This document shows, in pieces, positions 36,865 through 46,331 of a stretch of DNA of 64,000 bases (position 1 is its first letter; each line of letters opens with the position of its first letter). Source of the stretch: Minisyncoccota bacterium (GTDB lineage: Bacteria > Patescibacteriota > Minisyncoccia > UBA6257 > JAGOQP01); contig JBAZTS010000002.1 in the NCBI GenBank assembly GCA_041661795.1, forward strand, positions 36,263 to 100,262, in the 5' to 3' direction. The notes below the pieces were generated by a model. It did not search any database. It saw only the letters and a program-made list of their open reading frames with translations, and had not been told where the DNA came from. A program made the position numbers and the translations under genes.

Positions 36865-37176
36865 ATGAAAATAATAAAAAATGCTTTAGTGAGCGCGGTG
36901 CTGGCGGTTTTGTATATAGGATTAGTCGCCACAGTAATGACCAACATAGAAAAATTATTTGGTGAGGGAGATCCAAAAACTGTTTTGGTTCCGATGTCAT
37001 TTTTGATTTTATTCGTATTCTCAGCGGCCTTGATGGGAATAATTATTCTTGGAAAACCGATTTTGTGGTATCTGGACGGATTTAAGAAAGAGGCGGTTAA
37101 ACTTGTTTTTTATACATTAGGATTTCTGTTCATGTTTCTTGTTGTGGCTTTTCTTGTTCTTGTTTTGTTTTTTTAG
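36865..37176 (+). CDS. Hypothetical 3-TM membrane protein
   Basis: 103-aa hydrophobic ORF. Confidence 0.45.
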   Translation: MKIIKNALVSAVLAVLYIGLVATVMTNIEKLFGEGDPKTVLVPMSFLILFVFSAALMGIIILGKPILWYLDGFKKEAVKLVFYTLGFLFMFLVVAFLVLVLFF

Positions 37177-37310
37177 CCATACTATTCTTTTTACACCATC
37201 CTCTCTGCGCTTTTTATCAGCTCTTCCTTTTTTCTTTTGTTTATTGTATACCCTAATCAGTACTAAAAGAGAGCGATAAGGGCTCTTTTTACAGCTCTTT
37301 GACAGATACA

Positions 37311-37369
37311 CCCCCACACCAATTTTGCTTATTATCGTCAAGTGCGTGTTGGCAGAATTGGTGTGGGGG
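37311..37369. repeat. GC-clamped inverted repeat CCCCCACACCAATT ... AATTGGTGTGGGGG (family copy 3, 31-nt loop)
   Basis: 14-bp perfect arms that share the CCCCCACAC clamp with copies 1 and 2. Upstream of the 37419 gene. Confidence 0.75.
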
Positions 37370-37418
37370 TAAATAGCGACTCTGCAAATCAGATTTAATA
37401 GAGTTTTAATGCAAAAAT

Positions 37419-38006
37419 ATGAAAAAAATAGCTTTTCTTACGGCTTTTTTGGTCTTGGGAGTAATCTTAGTATCCGGCGTAGCTAAAGCCGAATCTACTG
37501 ACGGAGTAGTAACAGTTGTAAGTCAGGAAGAGGTTTTAACTCCAGAGCTTTCTCAAATTCTTAAAGATGGATTGGATGCTTTGGAAATTACCTTAAATCA
37601 GGTAAAAGCTCGTCTTGACTCTCAGTTGATCTCAGAAGAGAAAAAACCGATTGTTGACCAAAGTTTGGTGATTATAAAAAATAGCTTGGTAACTATTGAT
37701 TATACTCTTGAAACTTTAAGCTTAGCTCCGTCTGCCGATTCGTCCGTTGCTTCCGATGTAAATCTTTCTCCGATTGTTATTAATCCGGCGGAAAATCAAG
37801 AAACATCCAATGTCGCATCTAAAGATAACTTGCTGACAGGAACAGTGTCTAATAAAACAACTTTGACTGTTGTGGGAGCGATTGTGGGATTAGCGCTGAT
37901 AGGACTAATAATGTGGTTTATTATGCGGAAACCAAAATCTAAAACCCTTCAAACAGTTCAGACGCATCAAACTCAAGAATCTTCAGATATTCCAAAACAG
38001 GCCTAA
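37419..38006 (+). CDS. Secreted protein with C-terminal TM anchor
   Basis: Signal peptide (FLTAFLVLGVILVSGVAKA) and a C-terminal TM segment (LTVVGAIVGLALIGLIMWFIM). Confidence 0.5.
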   Translation: MKKIAFLTAFLVLGVILVSGVAKAESTDGVVTVVSQEEVLTPELSQILKDGLDALEITLNQVKARLDSQLISEEKKPIVDQSLVIIKNSLVTIDYTLETLSLAPSADSSVASDVNLSPIVINPAENQETSNVASKDNLLTGTVSNKTTLTVVGAIVGLALIGLIMWFIMRKPKSKTLQTVQTHQTQESSDIPKQA

Positions 38007-38141
38007 AAATAAATCCTCTCATTTCGAGAGGATTTATTTTTATAATATTTTGTGTAATTTTTATATCTATCATTTCTTGCTACAGCAACCAGATTTATAT
38101 ATAACCGGTACTTAATATGTAATTTTTTGTATATAGTATTT

Positions 38142-38167
38142 GGTATACGGTATACGATATTCGGTAT
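38142..38167. repeat. 26-nt word repeat (ggtatacggtatacgatattcggtat), inverted copy of 51147-51172
   Basis: 24/26 identical to the reverse complement of 51147-51172. Lies immediately after the dnaX stop. Confidence 0.7.
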
Positions 38168-38168
38168 T

Positions 38169-39272
38169 CTATTTTAGATTCTCTATTATAGCTATCTCAA
38201 AGGGCACCAAGGGGAAAGGATTGTATTTCATTTGGGAGTAGGCGGTGATGAGCGCTTTTATAAGTTTTATCTGCTCGTCCGTATCTATTTTAGCCGAATG
38301 TTTTTTTATTTCTTTTATTTGGCTTTCGGCCAATTCCTTTTCAAATATCTTTTCCAGTTCCGGATTAAGATGTAAAGAAAGAACCCTTCTTAAATATTCT
38401 GTCAGATCTTTGTTAAATTGAAAAAGATTGTATCCCTGACTGTTTATTTCGTATAAAAATTCCAGCGACTTTTGTAAGTCCTTTTTTATGACCAAATCGG
38501 CCATTTTTATTGTTTTTAGAAAATCAACTTTTCCCAAGATGCTTTCCACGTATTCAACGGTAATATTCTTGCCCTTCATGGAAACAATCTGGTCAAAAAG
38601 AGATTCGGCATCTCTTAAACTTCCTTCAGCTAAAAAGGCAATCATTTCCAAAGCTTCTTTTTCGTATTCTACTTTTTCTTCTTTGGCGATAAATGAAAGT
38701 TTTTTTATAATCTCCTGTAGTGTCAGCTTTCTAAAATGAAATCTCTGGGTTCGGGAAACAATAGTGGGAGGGAGCTTGTCGTATTCGGTGGTGGCTAATA
38801 TAAAAACGGCATGGGCTGGCGGTTCTTCTAAAGTTTTTAAAAGAGCGTTAAATGCCTGTGGAGTGAGCATGTGAACTTCATCTATGATAAAGATTTTGTA
38901 TTTAAGATAAGAGGGGAGTGTTTTTATGTTTTCTTTGAGATTTCTTATTTCATCTATTCCTCGGTTGGAAGCGGCGTCAATTTCAACGACATCCAAAGCT
39001 CTGCCTTCTTCAACTTGTAAACAGGCGTGACATTCTCCACAGGGCTCTCCTTGCTTGGCAAAGTTTTCGTCCTCTTGTCTTTTCTGGCAGTTAATTATTT
39101 TGGAAAAGATTCTGGCGATAGTTGTTTTGCCGGTTCCTCTTGAACCGTAGAAAAGATAGGCATGAGAAATTTTACCTTCCTTAACTGAATTTTGAAGTAT
39201 GGTAACCGTATTTTCCTGACCGTAAATATCAGCAAGTTTTTTTGGTCGGTATTTTCTATAAATAGCTAACAT
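38169..39272 (-). CDS. dnaX: DNA polymerase III subunit gamma/tau (short form)
   Basis: YRPKKLADIYGQ, HAYLFYGSRGTGKTT, the zinc module CGECHACL, IFIIDEVHMLT and SRTQRF. Confidence 0.93.
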   Translation of the reverse strand: MLAIYRKYRPKKLADIYGQENTVTILQNSVKEGKISHAYLFYGSRGTGKTTIARIFSKIINCQKRQEDENFAKQGEPCGECHACLQVEEGRALDVVEIDAASNRGIDEIRNLKENIKTLPSYLKYKIFIIDEVHMLTPQAFNALLKTLEEPPAHAVFILATTEYDKLPPTIVSRTQRFHFRKLTLQEIIKKLSFIAKEEKVEYEKEALEMIAFLAEGSLRDAESLFDQIVSMKGKNITVEYVESILGKVDFLKTIKMADLVIKKDLQKSLEFLYEINSQGYNLFQFNKDLTEYLRRVLSLHLNPELEKIFEKELAESQIKEIKKHSAKIDTDEQIKLIKALITAYSQMKYNPFPLVPFEIAIIENLK

Positions 39273-39278
39273 ATCAAT

Positions 39279-39309
<31 letters not shown>

Positions 39310-39325
39310 TAAAGAGCTATGAAAT

Positions 39326-39923
39326 AAAAAAAGCCCGCCGGTGTCTTCCGAGGAAGTCCTGGCGGGGTGGAACAGGTGGTGCGACCTTAGCTCACTCGGT
39401 GCTGTCGAGTTCGCTCGCCCGATATACTCTCCGGGTGATACGAGAGCTCGAATCTGCCGAGACGTGACGCGTGGTCACTTTTTGCTAAGGTTTTTTGGGG
39501 TGCTGCTCCTCTTCCTGTTCGGTACTTTCTAAGAACGGTTCCCACACCGTTCTCGCCGGCGAGCTTAGCTCGCGCAGGGTAGAGGCGCCTCCTAAAGGAG
39601 GCAAAACATGAGTACAAATTCGGAATTGGATTTTTGTGAGTTTCCGGACTCACTATCTCGTTTGGTGCACCTCCCGAGAAGTCCTTTTCCTTCCACTTAT
39701 TATTGGGCCAGTTTGAGATCAGCGGTGGACACTCAAACTGTTTGCGTGCTTTCACCGAGCTTGCCGGATTTACTCGGATCTTTGGTGAGATGGCGCAACC
39801 CCACAGTTTTGACCTCCCTCAGCTGCGCGCGCAACTGAGTTGTCAGCTCACCTAGTGACAGAGGCCCCCTTTTTGACCGTTTTTTCTTCTTGGTCCGGAA
39901 GGGTTTCCGTGCTACATTTTTAT
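39326..39923 (-). ncRNA. GC-rich ~600-nt transcription unit of unknown identity (large structured RNA candidate)
   Basis: It runs from a near-consensus promoter (39930-39957) to a strong terminator (cccgccagg...ccggcggg plus U7). It is dense in local hairpins (gcgagc-tta-gctcgc, gcctcc-taaa-ggaggc, cagtttgag...ctcaaactg, gtgagt...actcac). Only composition-type ORFs are present. Confidence 0.4.
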
Positions 39924-39929
39924 GCCTGT

Positions 39930-39957
39930 ATTATACTCCTTTTGTTTTATTTGTCAA
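39930..39957 (-). promoter_or_regulatory. Sigma-70-type promoter TTGACA-16-TATAAT driving the GC-rich unit
   Basis: The minus strand reads ttgacaaataaaacaaaaggagtataat. Both hexamers are perfect. Confidence 0.6.
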
Positions 39958-40020
39958 GTACCCATAATAAAGTTCTAAAAACCTTGGAATTTAGTGTTTT
40001 TGGCTATATAATTAATTAGT

Positions 40021-40737
40021 ATGTTTGAAATGAAGTCGGTTGAGTTCTCTGGGCCCCTGGACAAGCTTTTGGAACTTATTGAGGGGAAAAAAATGGATAT
40101 AACCAGAATCAGTTTAGCCGAAGTGACGGCTGATTTTTTGACATATCTTAAAGACCTAACGCAGGCAAATCAAGAAAATAAAAATGACTCTCTTTCAAGA
40201 ATAATAGCTGATTTTTTAGTGGTGGCTTCTCAATTGATTTTGATAAAATCTAAAGCTATACTGCCCGAGATAGAACTTTCTGAAGAGGAAGAGGAGAGCA
40301 TTCAAGATTTGGAGAAACGCTTGGAGCTTTACAATCAAATCAAACCGATGTTGGCTGTCTTAAAAAAATCGTGGAAAGAAAACAGTCCCTCTTTTTCAAG
40401 AGAAATGTTTTCTTCAATACAACCGGTTTTCTATCCTCCCTTAAAAATTTCAATAAATGACTTAAAACTTTCACTGCAGTCGCTGGTTGATTCGCTGGGA
40501 TCATTTATTCTGGAAACGGAAAAGATAGAAAGACAAATATTTACGCTGGAGGAAAAAGTGGCAGAACTTTCCCAAAGAATTACAGATGGGATTTCAAAGT
40601 TTTCCCAGGTTATTTCAAAGAAATCAAGACAGGAGGCGATTGTTATGTTTTTAGCCCTGCTTCACTTGTTAAGAGATCAGGTTCTAAGAGTCAAACAATC
40701 GGAAATTTTTAAAGAAATAGAATTAGAAAGAGTATAA
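40021..40737 (+). CDS. scpA: Segregation and condensation protein A
   Basis: FSGPLDKLLELIEGKKMDITRISLAEVTADFL is typical of the ScpA N-terminus. scpB follows. Confidence 0.9.
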   Translation: MFEMKSVEFSGPLDKLLELIEGKKMDITRISLAEVTADFLTYLKDLTQANQENKNDSLSRIIADFLVVASQLILIKSKAILPEIELSEEEEESIQDLEKRLELYNQIKPMLAVLKKSWKENSPSFSREMFSSIQPVFYPPLKISINDLKLSLQSLVDSLGSFILETEKIERQIFTLEEKVAELSQRITDGISKFSQVISKKSRQEAIVMFLALLHLLRDQVLRVKQSEIFKEIELERV

Positions 40738-40746
40738 AATAATTTC

Positions 40747-41325
40747 ATGGAAGAAAATAAACAAAATCAAAATAATGTGGCGGCTTTGGAGGCGGTAATG
40801 TTTTTATACGGGGAACCGATGGATTTGGAAAAATTGTCCAAGGTTATGAAAATTTCTACAGAGGAAGCCAAGACGGCTCTGGAGGAATTGAAAAATAATC
40901 TCTTGTCGGAAAATAGGGGACTTATCCTTATTGAAAAAGGAGGGTCTTTTGTCTTGGCCACTAAGCCGGAGTTTTCATCTTTTTTGGATAACTTTGTCAG
41001 AGAAAATTTAAAAGAGGATTTAACTCCCGCGTCCTTGGAAACTCTCTCTTTAATCGCTTATTTTTCTCCAATTTCCAGAGCTCAAATTGATTATATCAGA
41101 GGAGTCAATTCCAGCTTTATATTAAGAAACCTACTAATAAGAGGTCTTGTGGATAGAAAAATGAAAGGTAATATGTATCTTTACGAACCAAGTTTTGATT
41201 TCTTAAAACATCTTGGACTGGAGAACATTTCCCAGCTTCCAGAATTTGTTCGCTTCCAACAGATAAAAGATAATTATTTTTCTGCAGAATCAAGTAAATC
41301 CGAAAATCAACCAGCATTCATATGA
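40747..41325 (+). CDS. scpB: Segregation and condensation protein B
   Basis: LEAVMFLYGEPM, LSLIAYFSPISRAQIDYIRGV and LLIRGLV winged-helix repeats. Confidence 0.9.
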   Translation: MEENKQNQNNVAALEAVMFLYGEPMDLEKLSKVMKISTEEAKTALEELKNNLLSENRGLILIEKGGSFVLATKPEFSSFLDNFVRENLKEDLTPASLETLSLIAYFSPISRAQIDYIRGVNSSFILRNLLIRGLVDRKMKGNMYLYEPSFDFLKHLGLENISQLPEFVRFQQIKDNYFSAESSKSENQPAFI

Positions 41326-42269
41326 AATTACAAGCTCTTATTTTAATATTTGTCATTGTGATTTCTTTTTATGTATTAAAGGAAGGATCGTCCATATCCC
41401 AAGGCAAATCCGAAATTGACCAGTCGGTCGGCATGGCTTCTTTGGGGGAAATTAATAATGGTGAACCAATAGTGGTAAAAGAAGAAATTACTGTTATCCC
41501 TGCCAACGCTGTTGTTGAGTCGCCTAAAATAGAAAAAGATGAAGAGCTTCCGATAAATTGCCGGTCGGTTAGTTCTAAAATTTTTGCCATAAAAGATTTG
41601 GATGATAATAAAGTTATTTTAGAAAAAAATCCTGATAACCATTGGCCGGTCGCTTCTATTACCAAGTTGATGACGGCCATAGTTGCTTTAGAAAATCTTA
41701 ATCTTTCCAGTGTCGTGGAAATAACTCAGGAAGCTATTTTGTCGGCTGACGGTTTTAGTACGCTGGCGATAAAAGAAAAGTATTCAGTTGAAGATTTATT
41801 GGAGGCCTCTTTGGTTTTTTCCAGTAACGACGCTTCTTATGCTTTAGCGCAGGGGTTAGGGCAAGATATATTTGTTCAAAAGATGAACGACAAAGCCAAA
41901 GAAATAGGTATGAGTCAAACATCTTTTGTTGAGCCGTCGGGACTCTCTTATCTTAATCAATCAACCGCCAATGATCTGGCTACACTACTATCATATATAT
42001 ACAGAAACCATCCTCTTATTTTAAATATGACCAGGCAGAAAACCGCTTCAATAAAAGAAAGAGTTTCTGGGAAAACAAAAAAGTTTTCCAATATAGATTT
42101 GTTTGCCGGACAATCCAACTTCTTTGGAGGAAAAACTGGGTTTATAGACCAGTCGGGAGGAAATTTGGTTACTTTATTTCAGAAAGGTGGTAAGATGTTT
42201 TTTGTAGGAGTTTTGGGAAGTCAGGACAGATTTGGAGAAGTGAGTAAATTATTAGAGTGTATTGAATAA
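41322..42269 (+). CDS. D-alanyl-D-alanine carboxypeptidase (S11 family)
   Basis: SxxK motif ASITKLMTA, SxN motif SSNDA, and KTG in GGKTGF. Confidence 0.8.
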   Translation: MKLQALILIFVIVISFYVLKEGSSISQGKSEIDQSVGMASLGEINNGEPIVVKEEITVIPANAVVESPKIEKDEELPINCRSVSSKIFAIKDLDDNKVILEKNPDNHWPVASITKLMTAIVALENLNLSSVVEITQEAILSADGFSTLAIKEKYSVEDLLEASLVFSSNDASYALAQGLGQDIFVQKMNDKAKEIGMSQTSFVEPSGLSYLNQSTANDLATLLSYIYRNHPLILNMTRQKTASIKERVSGKTKKFSNIDLFAGQSNFFGGKTGFIDQSGGNLVTLFQKGGKMFFVGVLGSQDRFGEVSKLLECIE

Positions 42270-42271
42270 TT

Positions 42272-43321
42272 ATGTTAAGTTCCCAGGTCATAAGAGTTTT
42301 AATGTTGATGGGCGTGTCGTTCGTAACGGCTTTGCTTTTAACACCCTTGGTAACCAAGTTTCTTTATCGTTACAAAATGGGAAAGCAAATCAGGCAAAGT
42401 GCCGAAACCCCCATATTTTCCGCTTTACATAAAAACAAAGAAGGAACGCCAACTATGGGCGGAATAATAATTTGGGCAACCGTTCTTGGTTTGTCTCTTA
42501 TCTTTTTTATTCTTAATCTTATTTTTGACGGATTTTGGGATTATTTTAATTTTGTTGACAGAGCGCAAACTTATCTTCCGATTGCAGCTATGTTGATTGC
42601 CGCTATCTTAGGACTAGTAGATGATTTGTTTGGAGTTTTTAAAAGAGGGCCTAATGGCGGGGGAATGTCTGCTAAAAGAAAGTTAATAATTTATCTTGTT
42701 ATATCTTTGATTGGTGCTTATTGGTTTTATTTCAAACTTAACTGGACGATTCTTCATATTCCTTTTTTAGGGAGCTTTGAAATTGACGGATGGTATATTC
42801 CCTTGTTTATATTTATTATTTTTGCCTCGGCTTTTTCGGCTAACGAAACTGATGGCTTAGACGGGCTTTTGGGCGGAGTTTCTCTTTTTTCATTTGGCTC
42901 GTTGGCGGTTGTCTCTTTTGCTTTGGGAAGATACGAGCTGGCGGCTTTTTCTACTGTAGTGGCTGGAGCCCTGTTGGCTTTCTTGTGGTTTAATATTTAT
43001 CCGGCCAAGTTTTTTATGGGGGACACTGGTTCTATGGCTCTTGGTATTACCATGGGAGTTATAGCTTTGCTCACCAATACCATTATATTCTTACCTTTAT
43101 TTGCTCCGATATTGGTTATTGAATCGCTGTCCGTAATAATTCAGATGATTTCTAAAAAACTTTTTAAAAAGAAAATATTTCTTTCCACTCCCATTCACCA
43201 TCACTTTGAGGCCTTGGGGTGGCATGAATCCAAAGTAACAATGAGATTTTGGATTATAACGGCCGTCTCCAACGGCCTGGGACTAGTCCTGTTTTTCCTT
43301 TCAAGAATCGTGTTGAGATAA
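42272..43321 (+). CDS. mraY: Phospho-N-acetylmuramoyl-pentapeptide transferase
   Basis: GTPTMGG, VDDL, NETDGLDGL, MGDTGS and PIHHHFE motifs. Confidence 0.95.
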   Translation: MLSSQVIRVLMLMGVSFVTALLLTPLVTKFLYRYKMGKQIRQSAETPIFSALHKNKEGTPTMGGIIIWATVLGLSLIFFILNLIFDGFWDYFNFVDRAQTYLPIAAMLIAAILGLVDDLFGVFKRGPNGGGMSAKRKLIIYLVISLIGAYWFYFKLNWTILHIPFLGSFEIDGWYIPLFIFIIFASAFSANETDGLDGLLGGVSLFSFGSLAVVSFALGRYELAAFSTVVAGALLAFLWFNIYPAKFFMGDTGSMALGITMGVIALLTNTIIFLPLFAPILVIESLSVIIQMISKKLFKKKIFLSTPIHHHFEALGWHESKVTMRFWIITAVSNGLGLVLFFLSRIVLR

Positions 43322-43324
43322 ATA

Positions 43325-43930
43325 TTAAAGAAATTCTTTTAGAACTTTAAAATCCTCTTTTAAAGTGTCTTTTGTTTTATTGTTGTAGATAGCAACTGCC
43401 GGGTGGTAGAGAGGAATAATAGTTATTAATCTTCCCGAAAGTGAATTTGTTTTAAAAACTTTCCCATGAAGTTGGCTTATCGGTCCAAGCTCGTTGTGGA
43501 GTCCCATCTTTTCCATTATATAAGCCATAGAAAATCTTCCCAAAGAAGCAATAACTTCTGGTTGAATAATTTCAATTTGTCTGTCTAAAAAAGGTCCATA
43601 TATTTTTATTTCTTCTGGTAACGGGTCTCTGTTTTGTGGGGGTCTGTCTTTAACGATGTTGGTTATGTAAACATTTTCTCTTTTAAGACCTATTGAATCG
43701 CAAAGCTCATCTAAAATCTTTCCTGCCGCTCCGCAAAATGGATGACCTGTTTTTGCTTCGTTTCTTCCTGGACCTTCTCCTACAAACATTATTTTGGCAT
43801 AGTGGCTCCCTTGCCCGATAACGGGAAAGTAATTATTGTCTACCCGATATTGGTAGAGAGGAGAGTCCTTTAAGTCAATTACCTCATCTCTTATCTTTTT
43901 TAATTCTTCATCTCTATTTGTGTCTTTCAT
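43325..43930 (-). CDS. udg: Uracil-DNA glycosylase, family 4
   Basis: IMFVGEGPGRNEAKTGHPFCGAAGKIL, YITNIVKDRPPQNRDP and LYHPAV. Confidence 0.9.
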   Translation of the reverse strand: MKDTNRDEELKKIRDEVIDLKDSPLYQYRVDNNYFPVIGQGSHYAKIMFVGEGPGRNEAKTGHPFCGAAGKILDELCDSIGLKRENVYITNIVKDRPPQNRDPLPEEIKIYGPFLDRQIEIIQPEVIASLGRFSMAYIMEKMGLHNELGPISQLHGKVFKTNSLSGRLITIIPLYHPAVAIYNNKTKDTLKEDFKVLKEFL

Positions 43931-43992
43931 ATTTTGGACAAATGCTATTTTTTATGTAATTATACCAGAAAGAGTTCTTTTTCAAAATTTTT

Positions 43993-44721
43993 ATGTATAA
44001 AAGAAGTGATCCTTTCAAACAAGGAGAAGATTTCAAATTAAGCCGAAGCAAACTTGAAGCATTTACACAATGCCCAAGATGTTTTTATTTGGACAGACGT
44101 TTAAAAATTCCTCAGCCCTCAGGGCCGGCCTTTACTCTTAATTCGGCAGTTGATGCTCTTTTAAAGAAAGAATTTGATATTCACAGGGCTAAGGGTTCTA
44201 CCCACCCTCTTATGAAGGAGTATGGAATAAAAGCAATTCCTTTTTCCCATGAAAATATAAATATTTGGAGAGAGAATTTTAAAGGTGTGACTTTTTATCA
44301 CGAGCCCACTAAGTTAACAATTTCAGGGGCTATTGATGATATTTGGCAAGACGATTCTGGAAAACTTTTTATAGTTGATTATAAAGCCACCAGCACTACC
44401 GCTGAACTTTCTTTGGATACCGAATACCGTCAGGCCTATAAGAGACAAATGGAAATATATCAGTGGCTTTTTAGGAGAAACGGATTTGATATTTCTGATA
44501 TCGGATACTTTGTTTATGCCAACGGAAGAAAGGATAAGGAGGCCTTTGACGGCAAACTGGAATTTGACGTTCAAATCATTACTTATCATGGAAATGATTC
44601 ATGGGTGGAAAAAACGATAATTGATGCCAGAAAATGCCTTGATTCAGATGATCTTCCTCAAAGTTCTCCAACTTGCCAGTTTTGTGAATATAGGAAAAAG
44701 GCCGTCAAAGTAGAAGAATAA
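43993..44721 (+). CDS. PD-(D/E)XK nuclease family protein (Cas4/RecB-like Cys cluster)
   Basis: CPRCFYLD at the N-terminus, IDDIW...FIVDYKAT core, CQFCEY at the C-terminus. Confidence 0.75.
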   Translation: MYKRSDPFKQGEDFKLSRSKLEAFTQCPRCFYLDRRLKIPQPSGPAFTLNSAVDALLKKEFDIHRAKGSTHPLMKEYGIKAIPFSHENINIWRENFKGVTFYHEPTKLTISGAIDDIWQDDSGKLFIVDYKATSTTAELSLDTEYRQAYKRQMEIYQWLFRRNGFDISDIGYFVYANGRKDKEAFDGKLEFDVQIITYHGNDSWVEKTIIDARKCLDSDDLPQSSPTCQFCEYRKKAVKVEE

Positions 44722-44730
44722 ATACATGAC

Positions 44731-45426
44731 ATGAAAGTGCATCGATTTTTTATTGACAAAGATCTGTCGGAATACAATCTAAATCTTTCCGATTCAAAAA
44801 TTATTAATCAAATAAAAAATGTTTTGAGATTGAAAATTGGAGAGGAAGTGTCTTTTTTTAATGGCCGAGATGAAGTTTTGGCAAAGATAAATTCATTGGA
44901 AAAAGATAAAATTCTTTTTTCGTGCAAGAAGATATCCATCAAAAAAGACAGAGGAATTATAGTTTCTTTGTACTGTTCCGTTGTCAAAAAGGACAAATTT
45001 GAATGGATTGTGGAAAAAGCATCCGAAGTGGGGATTTTTAAAATTATTCCTGTCATATCTTCCAGAACAATAAAAACATCTCTTAATCTAAAAAGATTGA
45101 ACGATATATCCAAAGAAGCGTCCGAGCAGTCAGGAAGGATAACCTTGCCTCTTATTAGCGATATAATGACTTTTAGCCAATCCATAGAAGATGCCAAATT
45201 CAATAAAATGAATGTTTTTTTAAACACCGATATTGATGATCGAAAAATTCCCAAAATCGGAGATGGAGAAAGTATTGGAATATTTGTAGGTCCAGAAGGC
45301 GGATGGACTCAAGAAGAATCTGATCTTGCCAAAAAGAATGGGTTTTTGGAAAAGTCCTTAGGGAATAATATTTTTAGAACCGAAACTGCTGCTATTGTTG
45401 CTTCCTATTTATTTGCCAATAGCTGA
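44731..45426 (+). CDS. rsmE: 16S rRNA (uracil1498-N3)-methyltransferase
   Basis: The HRFFI N-terminus, KFEWIVEKASEVG and FVGPEGGWTQEE. Confidence 0.85.
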   Translation: MKVHRFFIDKDLSEYNLNLSDSKIINQIKNVLRLKIGEEVSFFNGRDEVLAKINSLEKDKILFSCKKISIKKDRGIIVSLYCSVVKKDKFEWIVEKASEVGIFKIIPVISSRTIKTSLNLKRLNDISKEASEQSGRITLPLISDIMTFSQSIEDAKFNKMNVFLNTDIDDRKIPKIGDGESIGIFVGPEGGWTQEESDLAKKNGFLEKSLGNNIFRTETAAIVASYLFANS

Positions 45427-45448
45427 AGTTTTGTATTAGAATACAGAC

Positions 45449-45901
45449 ATGACAAGAAAAAAATACTTTATGTTGGCGGGCGTGGTGGTGGTTATTTTAG
45501 TAGGTGTTTTTCTGTTTTTAAATAAAGACGGAGGATTTACGGTTTTGGCTTCTTATAATAATCCGATTTATAAATATAGTTTAGGTATACCCAAAGAGTG
45601 GCAGGGAAAATATGAAATTCAAGAATCGTCAGATTTTAGGACGGCCTCTTTTATTTATTCCAACGACCAAAAAAAGAGTCCTATTATGACTTTGGTTATT
45701 TTTAATAAAAATGAATGGGATTTAATTCCGGATAAATCTGGGGCCGGGACAGAGCTTGGAACAAAAGATAATAATGTCTTTCTATATTTGGCTTATCCTA
45801 TTTCTCAAGGCAATCCTTATGAAGGCCAGGCAGGAAAAGAATTTTCTTCTTTTGTAAAACAAGCTAATTTGGTAGCTAAAACATTTAAATTTGCTGAGTA
45901 A
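45449..45901 (+). CDS. Hypothetical secreted/anchored protein
   Basis: 150-aa ORF with an N-terminal TM segment. Confidence 0.45.
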   Translation: MTRKKYFMLAGVVVVILVGVFLFLNKDGGFTVLASYNNPIYKYSLGIPKEWQGKYEIQESSDFRTASFIYSNDQKKSPIMTLVIFNKNEWDLIPDKSGAGTELGTKDNNVFLYLAYPISQGNPYEGQAGKEFSSFVKQANLVAKTFKFAE

Positions 45902-46328
45902 TTTTATGTGGCTTTTATACGCTTTTTTGGCATCTGTTTTCGCTGCTTTGGTGGCTGTTTTGGGAAAATTAGGCCTGAAAAATATAGACCCGATTTTGGC
46001 AACTACAGTCAGAGGGATAATTATGGCGATCTTTCTTTTTGTTGTAACTTTAGGTTTGAACAAAATAAATCTGACTAATATTAAATCAATTTCTACAAAA
46101 GATTGGGGGTTTATAGCTGCATCGGGAATAGCCGGAGCTTTGTCTTGGCTTTTCTATTTTGTGGCTCTTAAAAACGGCAGCGCTTCAAAAGTTTCGGCTA
46201 TTGACAGGACCAGTATAATTTTTGTCATTTTTTTGTCCGCCTTATTTTTAGGAGAAAGTTTTGGATGGAAAAGCGCTTTCGGGGCTTTGTTTATAGCTTT
46301 GGGAGCGATTCTTATTACTCTTAGATAA
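45891..46328 (+). CDS. EamA-like small DMT transporter
   Basis: Five hydrophobic helices. GKLGLKNIDPILATTVRG and ISALFLGE are EamA-like. Confidence 0.7.
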   Translation: MLSNFMWLLYAFLASVFAALVAVLGKLGLKNIDPILATTVRGIIMAIFLFVVTLGLNKINLTNIKSISTKDWGFIAASGIAGALSWLFYFVALKNGSASKVSAIDRTSIIFVIFLSALFLGESFGWKSAFGALFIALGAILITLR

Positions 46329-46331
46329 TTA

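Noticed and set aside
39341-39838. The 63-, 76- and 122-aa ORFs inside the same GC-rich unit as protein genes.
   Set aside because: Their translations are S/R/P/L-rich with no recognisable fold or family. The frames overlap on both strands, and the 122-aa ORF has no SD. They are kept only as an alternative in the finding, because the 76-aa plus-strand ORF does have an AAAGGAGG box.
39326-39923. Identifying the GC-rich unit upstream of dnaX as SRP RNA, tmRNA or 6S RNA.
   Set aside because: - SRP RNA is attractive by synteny (ffs-dnaX in Firmicutes). However, I found no GGAAGCAGC/GNRA-capped domain IV, only a chance GUCCGGAA 8-mer in a different hairpin context.
- No tmRNA 5' GGGG...UUCGAC with a matching 3' T-arm/ACCA was present.
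- No alanine-resume tag frame ending in a hydrophobic C-terminus was present.
- The size (~600 nt) is wrong for 6S RNA.
- I therefore left it unassigned.
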